A DNA stretch of 64,000 nt from Mobula birostris (lineage: Eukaryota), in the NCBI RefSeq assembly GCF_030028105.1, contig NC_092379.1:20561309-20625308 (forward strand), given 5' to 3'. Positions 12,406 through 23,041 of the stretch are shown here, piece after piece. Both the position numbers and the translations under genes were made by a program. The notes below the pieces were generated by a model, which worked only from the letters and a program-made list of their open reading frames with translations, had not been told where the DNA came from and made no database searches. The stretch's first letter is position 1. The number at the start of each line of letters is the position of its first letter.

Positions 12406-12708
12406 CTTTGGTACTTTTTGTCCGTGCTGATACTGGTGAGGTTGCAGAAGGTTGTTGGGCAGAGCAAGTGTACTCCACCCCACTGGTCCACTTCTCCACA
12501 CTGGTCTGGAGTTGGCTGATCACTGTGTCTTGGGTTCCTTCCTCTCTCAGTTTTTTGGTCACATTTGCTTTGATTTTCTCCCTCTCGTTCACCTGCCAGT
12601 GGATTTGGACCTGGCTCAGATCAACACCCACAATCATACACACCAGAGTAGTGGTCTGGTTGATCCACATCTCTTCAATGGAGGGATTTTGGATAAAGAC
12701 AGACAACT
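12406..12708 (-). CDS. IgW: IgW CH3-like duplicate constant exon (CH3')
   Basis: 303 nt, same length as CH3, open, phase 1-1, CTACAG|AG ... AAAG|GTGGGC. PSIEEMW...LVC...HW...KWTSGVEYTC. About 50% aa identical to CH3 (hand count 51/101). Confidence 0.92.
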
Positions 12709-14079
12709 CTGTAGATTAGAAATAGAAAATTTACCAACTGGACAATATCTGTTGTCAGCTGGCTTGACAACTTCAGCTCAGACTTATCCTGTACAGAATT
12801 GTACAACGGAATGAAATCAGGTTTGTTTACAGAGTGGGTTGCTCATCTCTGCTTACAACCTCTGACTGAGAAAACAAAATCAAACATCAAGGAGCTTATT
12901 TCCTCGGGACCCAGTTGGGTCACAGCTTGAACTGTGGGGCATTTGCCCAGCTACATGACATTTAGCTGCTAGAATGCCAATAAAATGTGCTATCGGAGCT
13001 GTGAATTGCAATGAGAAATGCAGTTTCTGATCAAAGACAGCATTTCCTGCAATCTTCTTGTCTCAGTGCAGGTGAGAGTCTGTAGATCCATTTGTGACAT
13101 TGACCTGAATCAATGAGCTGCCTCATATCTGTTCAGACTGATCCTGGGATTCCTCCAGATTGAAAATTCTGATACTGACTTTCGAATCCCTCATGAAAAA
13201 TCTTTCTTTTCATCTCTGTAACTTGCCTGCCCCAGTCAATGATCTCACTTTGTTCCATAGACATGGCTTTGTGTCCCATCATCCACATCATTAGTAATAT
13301 CAGTGAATAGTTGCAGGGCCGACAAAGATCATTGCAGGACACTGCTCACGATTAAATCCTGCTGGGTTCAGTCCCCTGTCACATGACACAGTGATAATGG
13401 AGTTGTTGTTGAATGATTGCAAACAATTTCAGTCCAGTAGTCTGCAGCAGATCCAGGCATGGTGTGGGGGCAGCCACTTCAGGCCAACATCAGACAGTCA
13501 CTGGAAGATCTGAGCACCATGATCACTGAACACGAAACAGCACATCCCGATTTGAACCAGGACATCTTGAGGAAGTTTCTGAACAATGACCACTAACATA
13601 TCTCCTGTGGAACCAGAGGAGCCAACACTTGACCACTGTGATACCACCATCAACAACGGTTACCGTGCCAGCACATGGCCACACTTTAGTAAGGCCGATC
13701 ACCTGGCTGTACTTCAACTCCCGGCATATATTCAGAGACTAAAGACCACAGTGCTGGTAGTGAGGACCAAGAAGATATGGTCAAGGAAGGCAGAAGTGTG
13801 CTTACAGGAATTTGAGCTGGTGAACTAGACAATATTCAGAGACCTTTCTTCAAATCTGAATGAATATGCCACAGTTGTCACCGACTTCATCAAGATCTGT
13901 GCGGATGAGTGTGTCCCTTCGAGAACATCCCCGACATACCCACACCAAAAGCTGTAGATGAACCAGGAGATTCGGAGACTACTGAGGGCTCGATCTATGG
14001 CAGTCAAGGCTGGTGACCCAGCATTAGACAAGAAGCCCAGGTACGACCTGCGGAAGGCTATTTTAAGAGTAAATAGACA

Positions 14080-14934
14080 TGTCCTGGTCAAGGTGGTGGC
14101 AGAGTGCAATGCTCCCTCGGTCAACCTCTTCCAGATAGCTCACAAAAATATCCTTTTTGGTCCTTTAAATCCGTTTTTCTCCTTAAATATGTTTCTGGGA
14201 CTGTTAGAGATAGAGACTGCAATTTAGATTGGAGATTGTTTCAGTGATCCAGCACTTTGCTGTGTCTGAGAAGATTTCGAGCATGTACTCAGATCGCCTC
14301 GATGCAAGGCGCGAGCCGACGATTGACTCCATTTCGCCATTTAAAGCGTCCATTAAGTGAGCGACAGTTTTGGCGCTGACTGCTTGTCTTTTGATTGCTG
14401 CTGAAGATGGATTCTGTGAGCAGCCTGTTGCTGTGTGTCTCGCTGTGACAGGCGGGTCGGCCTCTCTGCCTCGTGTGGTGTCCCTCTCCTCTCTTTCAAT
14501 GAATTTTTGTGTTATCGGAGATGGTATTGTGGATCTGTGTTTATGGATTGGACAGTTGTGTTTATGGATTGTGGACATTTTCAGACCTATCATTTTGATA
14601 TTCTGTGTTTTTATCACCCGTTCCTTTTCCATTTGTTCTACGAGGGGAGAGTGCTTGGGGTTCGGTGTTCTGTTAGTTTTCTGTGCAGGGGAGGGGTTGT
14701 TTTTTTGGTGGTTGATGTTCCTATTCTATCTTGTGAGGGGACGGTGGGGTATTGGGGGGTGGGGATTGATGATCGGGATGCCGTTTTTGTCGGTGGGGGT
14801 GGTGGTGAAGGGTGGGTTTGATGTTTCTCTCTGAACGACTTTCATATTCTTTCTTGTTTTCGTGACTATCTGAACAAGACAAATTTCAACTTGTATGTGG
14901 ATACAGGCTTTGATAATAAATGAACCTTTGAACA
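14080..14934 (+). mobile_element. About 855-bp non-autonomous insertion ending in a LINE-type 3' tail
   Basis: Removing it restores the host (AGACA|ATTCCAATTGAAC). It ends gataataaatgaacctttgaac, like the tails at about 36100-36125 and 44710-44735. ACA is duplicated at the junctions. Confidence 0.6.
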
Positions 14935-15922
14935 ATTCCAATTGAACTTAGAGAAGGAATCAGATCCGCTTCAGCTCTGGCAGACTTTTCAGACCATTAC
15001 TTCCTACAAGGCAAAACCTAACAACACGAATGGCAGTGATGCTTCATTCCCAGATGAGCTCAACGCCATTTAAGCACACTTTGAAAGGGAGAATGAAACT
15101 ACATGTGGGTAAATCCCTGCAGTGTCTGGTGACCCTGTCATCTCTGTCTCGGATGCCAACGTCAGAGCAGCTTTCAAGAGGGTGAATCCTCACACTGAAT
15201 CAGGCCCTGATGGTGTGCCTGGTACGGAATTGAAAACCTGTGCCAACCAACTGGTGGGAGTGTTCAGGAACATCTTCAATATCTCACTGCTGCAGTCAGA
15301 GGTTTCCATCTGTTTCAAAAGAGTGAGAATCATACCAGTGCCCAAGAAGAGCAGGGTGAGCTGTCTCAATGACTATCGCTCAGTTGCACCCACATCTACT
15401 GTGAGGAAATGCTTTGAGAGGTTGGTCACGGCCAGAATCAACTCCTGCTTAAGCAAGGACCTGGACCCCTGCAATTTACCTGTTGCCACAATAGGTCTAC
15501 AGCAGATAGTATCTCAACGCTCTCCCCTCGGTCTTGGATCACCTGGACAATAACAATACCTGCTGAACGTCAGGATGTTGTTTACTGATTACAGCTCAGT
15601 GTTCAACACAATCATAACCTCAGTTCAAATCAACAAGCTCCAAACCTGGGACTCTCGACCTCCCTCCACAACTGAATCCTTGACATCTTCACTGGGAGAC
15701 CACAGTCAGTGTGGATCTGAATGAGCATCTCGTCCTCACTGACAATCAACACTGGAGCACCTCAAGGATGTGTGCTTGAGGAGATGTCACATGGTGACAT
15801 GGGATTGAGATGTGTAAACCCAGCTCTCCCGTAAAAAATCAGCAAAGTACCTTTTAAACAACGCAAAGTTCATAAATACTTTCGGAAAACTACTTATAAA
15901 CTTCTCAAGACTATTTCACAAT

Positions 15923-17041
15923 ATGCCTCGTAAACTGCAAAAGAAGAAGCCTGTTGTTGTGAAGTGGCCGCGAGATGGGAAGAGAAAAGGGCCTACTGCA
16001 GCGATGAAACCTCGGACTCAGGTTGGATCTCCTTCGGAGGAGACACATTTTATTTCTGGCGTAGAAGAACAGGAAGCAATAGCGGCGGTAGCGGTCCCTG
16101 GGAAGAAGATGCCAGAATTGAACATGCGCAAATCGATACAACTCAAACTACAAGAACCGACGGCCACTGCAAGTGAAAGTGACTCAGAGTCAGAATTGGA
16201 TTCCGCAGACAACGCAGATGAAGAAGAGGAGGAAGACCTGGAAGAGACTGAAAGTAAAGGACGCGATGGAGACATAAGAGAGGCTTTATTGCAAGTAATG
16301 ATTGAATTAAAAGGATTAAAAATAGAGCTTAGAGACATGAAGATGAGGTATGATAAAGCTATGAAAAGACAGGAGAAAACCGATAAGAAACTTCAAAAGT
16401 TGGAAAGAACAATGGAACATATTAACGACAGAGTGGAAAAAACAGAAAATGATATGCTTGCCTGGAAAATGGAAAGAAATCGACTGTTTGAAAAAGTGGA
16501 CAAGTTGGAAAATTTTAGTAGAGGAAATAATATCAAGATTGTTGGTCTTAAAGAAGGTACAGAGGGAGACAATCCAATCAATTTTTTTCAAAGATGGATC
16601 TCAGAAACTTTGCAAATAAAAGAGGGAGACCAATCAATTGAAATTGAGCGGGCACATAGAGCAAGACCAAAACCCCAAGATGACCAATATCCACGATCAA
16701 TTTTAATAAAATGTTTAAGATTTCAAGACAAAGAAAGGATTCTACAGGCGGCTGCTCAAGCTGCCAAGTACAGAAAAGGGCCATTGATGATAGAAGGGAA
16801 CAATTTTTTTTTCTACCCTGACATAAGTTATGAAATTTTGAAGAGAAGGAAGAAATTTAATCCAGTGAAAAAAGTCCTATGGGATCACGGTTATCAATTT
16901 ATATTGCGTTATCCTGCAACTTTGAAGATTTTTTTGGCTAACGGAGAAAGAAGATTTTTTGACCATTACCGGAAAGCGGAGGAGTTTTTGCAAGATTTTT
17001 TGAAGATACAAGAACAAACCCAGGGGAGCGAGATGGATTAA
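15923..17041 (+). CDS. L1 ORF1p (coiled coil plus RRM/CTD), open 372 aa
   Basis: LENFSRGNNIKIVGLKEG, IEIERAHR, FFYPDIS and LRYPATLKI motifs typical of L1 ORF1. Confidence 0.88.
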   Translation: MPRKLQKKKPVVVKWPRDGKRKGPTAAMKPRTQVGSPSEETHFISGVEEQEAIAAVAVPGKKMPELNMRKSIQLKLQEPTATASESDSESELDSADNADEEEEEDLEETESKGRDGDIREALLQVMIELKGLKIELRDMKMRYDKAMKRQEKTDKKLQKLERTMEHINDRVEKTENDMLAWKMERNRLFEKVDKLENFSRGNNIKIVGLKEGTEGDNPINFFQRWISETLQIKEGDQSIEIERAHRARPKPQDDQYPRSILIKCLRFQDKERILQAAAQAAKYRKGPLMIEGNNFFFYPDISYEILKRRKKFNPVKKVLWDHGYQFILRYPATLKIFLANGERRFFDHYRKAEEFLQDFLKIQEQTQGSEMD

Positions 17042-17063
17042 GGATGAAGATTGGGTCAAGGTC

Positions 17064-17237
17064 AAGAGTTAGTAAGAGATTTGAAACTAACTCTTCCTTC
17101 AGTTAGTCCTGACAAAGGGTCTCGGCCTGAAATGTCGACTGTACCTCTTCCTAGAGATGCTGCCTGGCCTGCTGCGTTCACCAGCAACTTTGACGTGTGT
17201 TGCTTGAATTTCCAGCATCTGCAGAATTCCTGTTGTT
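17064..17237 (+). repeat. One arm of the palindromic Penelope-type element inserted in the L1 inter-ORF spacer
   Basis: ...gatgctgcctggcctgctgcgttcaccagc...ccagcatctgcagaattcctgttgttt matches the right arm of the 38490-38700 element; hammerhead-like core at 17104-17141. Confidence 0.7.
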
Positions 17238-17456
17238 TGGGGGTAGTGTTGTTTTTTTTCATTCACAACATTAGTAGGGGGGTATTTTGTTATTTTTCTC
17301 TTTGTATCATATCCATCTTTTAGTTCTTTCTTTTTGCCTGGATGATTGGGAGGGAAACACATGGCAACATGGTGAAGTTTAAAGAGATGCCCCAAGGAAC
17401 TATGAGAGTTGGGATGTGAAGTAATGTTTTAGGTTGGAGTAACTTTGTTAAGAATA

Positions 17457-20400
17457 ATGACTAATTTATTGAACTTTTTGAGTTTTAATGTTAATGGGCT
17501 TAATGGACCGGTGAAAAGAAAAAGAATCTTAACACATATTAAGAAAATGAAGGTAGATTTAGCCTTCTTACAGGAAACACATTTAATAGAAACAGAACAT
17601 CAGAAATTAAAGAGAGATTGGGTGGCTAGTGTTGTTCCAGCTTCATTTAATTCAAAAGCGAGGGGAGTAGCAACTTTGATTAATAAAAGTTTACCAATTA
17701 GAATACAAAATGTAATAACCGATTCTGCGGGGAGATATGTGATTTTTCACTGTCAACTTTTTTCTGAATTATGGACTCTCATGAATATTTATGCACCAAA
17801 TGAAAATGATGCAAAATTCGTACAAGAAGCTTTTTTGAATTTGGCTGATGCACATGAAAAGATATTAATAGGAGGAGATTTTAATTTTTGCTTAGAGCCA
17901 GACTTAGATAGATCAACTAAGGCTGTCACAAAATCGAAGGTAGTAAAACTAAGTTTATCATTGATGAAAGATTTAAATTTGATTGATATATGGAGGAGAA
18001 TTAATCCTAAAGAAAGAGACTATTTGTTTTATTCTAATAGACACAAAACTTACTCAAAGATAGATTTTTTCCTATTATCAATGAATATTCAACACAGAGT
18101 GAAAAATATGGAATATAAAGCAAAAATATTGTCAGATCATTCTCCTTGATAAATGACAATAATAATGACTGATAAGGAAGAAGTGACTTATAGATGGAGA
18201 TTTAATTCAACATTATTAAAACATCAAGAGTTTTGTGATTTTATGAAAAAAAAACAGATCCAATTTTTTTTGGATACAAACTCTCATTCAGTGGATGATA
18301 AATTTATACTATGGGATGCGATGAAATCATATTTGAGGGGTCAGATAATAAGTTATGCGACTAAAATTAAGAAAGAATATATGGCAGAACTAGATCAATT
18401 GGAAAAAGAGATTACAAAATTAGAAAAAGAATCTCAAAGACATATGACAGAAGAAAGACGAAGACAACTTGTCAGTAAGAAGTTACAATATAATACGCTT
18501 CAGACATATAGAATGGAAAAAGTAATCATGAGAACTAAGCAAAGGTATTATGAGTTAGGTGAGAGAGCACCCAAAATTCTTGCTTGGCAGTTGAAAACAG
18601 AACAAGCTTCCAAAACGATAAATGCAATTAGAACAAGTGCAAATAAAATTACTTATAAACCTTTAGAAATTAATGAAACCTTCGAAAGTTACTATTCTGA
18701 ATTATATCAATCAGAATCACAAAATGATGTTAATGAGATAGAAAGGTTCTTATCACAAGTAACTCTTCCAAAATTGAATTTGGAAGAACAGAAGGGATTA
18801 GATATGCCTTTTACATTAAAAGAGGTTGAAGAAGCTTTAGGATCACTCCAAAGTAATAAATCTCCAGGAGAGGATGGGTTTCCACCTGAATTTTATAAAA
18901 AGTTTAAAGATTTATTATTTCCTCCTTTTATGGAGTTAATATGCCAGGCGGAAAAAAATACATAAACTACCAGGATCTTTTTCAACAGCGATTGTAATAG
19001 TATTGCCAAAAAAAGATAGAGATCCTTTAAAACCAGCATCATATAGGCCTATTTCTTTGTTGAACATGGATTATAAAATAATAGCAAAAATTTTATCGAA
19101 TAGATTATCTAAATATTTAGCAAAATTAATACATATGGATCAAACAGGATTTATTAAAAATAGACAATTGGCAGATAATGCAACTCGGCTACTCAGTATA
19201 ATTCATTTGGCACAAAAAAGGGAGGAGGTGAGTATAGTAGTAGCCTTGGATGCAGAAAAAGCATTTGATAGATTGGAATGGGATTTATTGGAATAGTAAC
19301 TTTCGAAGGTTTCATTAAAGTATTAGAAAAATATGGGTTAGGAACACCTTTTATAAACTGGATTAAAATTTTAAATACTAACCCTAATGCTAAAGTAGTG
19401 ACAAATAGTCAAATTTCAACACCATTCCAGTTAAAAAGGTCAACTGGACAAGGTTGTCCATTATCACCTGCTTTATTTGTACTGGCGATAGAGCCATTAG
19501 CAAAACTAATTAGAATTGATCCAGATATTAAGGGTTTTAGAGTTAATCAGGAGGAATATAAAATTAACCTATTTGCTGATGATGTTCTGATTTACTTAAC
19601 AAACCCACAGCATTTGTTAGATAAATTATCTTCTAGATTAGATGAATATGGGAAAGTATCAGGGTATAAAATAAATTGGGATAAAAGTGAAATTTTACCT
19701 CTTACTAAAGGAGACTTTCGCCAGTGTTGATTAGCAACCCAATTTAGATGGCCGGTAAATGGTATAAAGTATTTAGGTATAAGACTTGATAATGATGTAA
19801 AGAATTTATATAAATTTAATTATTTACCACTATTGAAAAATATTCAAGAAGATCTTGACAAATGGATGATACTACCATTAACATTAGTGGGTAGAGTTAA
19901 TATTGTAAAAATGAATATATTTCCTAGATTACAGTATTTGTTTCAAACATTACCAATACAATTGCCACAGAAATTTTTTCAAGAGTTAAATAAATGTGTG
20001 AGGAAATTTCTTTGGAAAGGTAAGATGTCAAGAATATCATTGGAAAAATTGACATGGAAATTTGAGTTAGGAGGGTTACAACTTCCAAACTTTAAGAATT
20101 ATTATAAAGCAAATCAACTTAGATTTATTGGATCTTTCTTTGATGAACGAAAACCAGCATGGATTAGAATAGAATTACATAAAATAGAAGAAAATACACC
20201 CGAAGATTTTATATATAAATGGGAATCTAAATGGATACGGGAAAAGAAAGAATCTCCTATATTAAAACATTTGATTGATCTGTGGAATAAGATAAATGTT
20301 GGTAATGAAATAAAGAAATCTTTATTAGCAAGCAGACCTCTGTTCCAAAACAGACCTTATTTCTTTTACAATGGATAATCAACTTTTATATAATTGGTAC

Positions 20401-21247
20401 CAAAAAGGGATTAGATCCATAGGAGACTGTTATGAACGAGGTATATTGATGTCATTTGAACAACTAAAGAATAAATATAAAATATCAAATAACACTTTCT
20501 TTTGTTACCTTCAATTAAGGGCTTACTTAAAAGGCAAACTGGGTCAAACAATGTTTTTGCCAAAACCCAATGAAATTGAAATTTTAATTCAAAAAGGAAA
20601 AATTAAAAAAATTATTTCTTGTATGTATAATTTGATTCAAAAACAGACAATTAAGGAATCCACAAGTCAAAACAAAAATGGGAAACATATCTGAATATTA
20701 ATATTGATGAAACAAATTGGTCAAGACTGTGTCTTGACAGTATGACAAATACAATAAACTTTCGACTTAGATTAGTACAATATAATTTTTTGCACCAATT
20801 ATATTTACACTGCAAAAAATAAATGGATTAAATTCAAACTTATCTGATCAATGTTTTCGGTGTAATCAAGAAATTGGTACTTCCTTACATTCTACTTGGT
20901 CTTGTTCTAAAATTCAACCTTTTTGGATAAATGTAAGAGTCTTATTGGAACAAATTACTGGAACTCAACTCCCACGCAACCCTGTATTATTTCTATTAGG
21001 TGATATTGAAGGGATAAAACCGAAACTTAAACTGAATAAATATCAGAAAGAATTCATAAAAATTGCATTGGCAGTAGCCAAGAAGGCTATAGCAGTTACT
21101 TGGAAATCAGATTCGTATTTAAGTATGAGTCGTTGGAACAATGAAATGTCTAGTTGTATTCCACTTGAAAAAATTACTTATAATTTAAGAGATAAATATG
21201 ATACATTTTTGAATATTTGGCACCCTTATTTACAAAAGATAGGATAG
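17457..21247 (+). pseudogene. L1 ORF2 (APE endonuclease, RT, C-terminal zinc motif), disrupted
   Basis: SFNVNGLN, FLQETH, GGDFN, SDHSP (then TGA at 18147-18149); YRPISLLN, LDAEKAFD, QGCPLSP, LFADD; several frameshifts split the ORF track into pieces. Confidence 0.9.
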
Positions 21248-22702
21248 CATATTTAGTTGCTCCGATGATAAAGATATTGGTCCCTTGGGGAAAGTAACGA
21301 ACAAGTATACTAAATTTATTTTGAATCCCATGGAGCATGTGGAAACCTTCCAATATCCAGGCAGTTCTTCTTTCTTTTTCTTTTTTTTTCTTTTTTTCAG
21401 CTAGGGGCATATATCGGGGGGAAGGGTTAAGGGGAGGGGGGGAGGGTAGACATAATCTTTCCATGTAATCACTTCAAAAAAGCAATAAAAATTGTATTTA
21501 AAAAAAAGGATGTGTGCTTAAACCACTGCTCTACTCTCTCTGCACCCACGACTGTGTGGCTAGGTGCACCTCAAGTGGCATTTATAAACTTGCTGATGAA
21601 CTATTGTGGGCAGAATTTCAGGGTGATGAGGAGGCATACAAGAGCAGGATAGATCAGCTGGGTAAATGGTGTCAGAACAACAGCCTTACATTCACCGTCA
21701 GTAAGATGAAGCAATTGATTGCAGACTTCAGGAAGGGGGAGTCATGGGAACACACATCAGTCTTCATTGAAGGATCAGCAGTGGAAAGGTTGAGCAGTTT
21801 CAAGTTCCTGGGTGTCAAAATCTTTGAAGATCAATCCTGGGTCCAACACACCTATTTCTTTATTTGCATAGTTCTGATCTCATCCTTTGTCTCTTCTTCT
21901 AATCCTCTCTGTCTCTGTTTCCACTGAACTCACAAGAAGAAAACAGGAGGAAGTGCAGACCACCAGATTCCATCCTCTGGGCTGAGATTTCTGGGAATTC
22001 ATTCCATCTGAGGGAAGAGATTTCTCTGCACTGCAGTCTCAAATGTTCTGCTCCTTACTTTGGAACTCTGTCCCCTTGTTCATTGCTCTGTGACAGGTGA
22101 ACTTCCCTTAACATCTACCCTCTCATGCTCCTTATACATCTGATATGTTTGTCCGGAAATCTGGATTCTTCTCAACTGCAAGCAATGCAGACACAGACTG
22201 TCTGGTCATTGTCTGACAGTCACAGAGTCACAGGAAAGTACAGCACAGAAGCAGGCCCTTTGGCCCATCTGGTCTGCCAAGTTCCATTGACTTGCACCCA
22301 GACCATTGCCCTCCATACCCCTCTCATCCATGTAACCATCCAGACTTCTCTTAAATATTGAAATCGAGCTTGCAAGCACCACTTCCTCTGGCAGATCATT
22401 CCACACTCTCACAAATCTCTGAGTGAAGGAGTTTCCCCTCAGGTTTCCCTTAAACATTTCACCTTCCAACCGTAACCCATGATCTCTATTTCTAGTCCCA
22501 CCCAACCTCAGTGGAAAAAGCCTGCTTGCATTTACCCTATCTATACCCCTGATAATTTTGTATACCACCATCAAATCTCCCCTCAGTCTTCAACGTTCCA
22601 AGGAATAAAATCCTAACCTATGTAATCTTTCCTTATAACTCAGCTTCTCCATTCCTGGTAGCATCCTTTTAAACTTTCTCTGTAATCTTTCAAGCTTTTT
22701 TA

Positions 22703-22837
22703 TGTAATAATGATGTGACTCGGATAGCGCTGTAGATTGAACAACCACGTTTATTCACCAGAATTCCATTTTTCACTTACCTACGTCCTGACGTCATACG
22801 CACTCTGACGCTGCGAAAACTCTCACAATACATTACA
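22703..22837 (-). repeat. 3' LTR (135 bp); adjacent polypurine tract GAGAAGGGGA at 22838-22847
   Basis: Ungapped direct repeat of 27039-27173, with 18 mismatches by hand. Confidence 0.92.
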
Positions 22838-23041
22838 TCCCCCTTCTCAAGATTTTTTTTTCTTTTTACAACACTGTGAATTACCAAAACAATGCCTCTA
22901 GGTATGCCCTGCTTACAGTGCAACAACCATGACATAAACTAAAAAAAATCTTCACTTCTTGTACTGTATTCTGCATTGTATCTTACAATACTAACAGCAG
23001 TGTATTTTATTTTCCTCACATAGAATAATAAACCTTTTATT

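Larger units (their letters stand above)
15778..21505 (+). mobile_element. Full-length L1-clade LINE with target-site duplication and poly(A)
   Basis: AAGGATGTGTGCTT at 15764-15777 and 21506-21519; ORF1 and ORF2; G-rich 3'UTR; AATAAA at 21484 followed by an A-run. Confidence 0.93.
13474..21850 (+). mobile_element. Rex1/Babar-type LINE, split by two nested insertions
   Basis: Host pieces at about 13474-14079, 14935-15777 and 21520-21850 join colinearly: MNQEIRRLLRARS..., GPDGVPG..LKTCANQL, CLNDYRSVAPTSTVRKCFERLV, then GAPQGCVL | PLLYSLCTHDC...YKLAD across the L1 insertion. Confidence 0.8.

Noticed and set aside
14204-14834. Overlapping 128-154 aa ORFs
   Set aside because: They lie in the GT-rich non-autonomous insertion and show no domain motifs.
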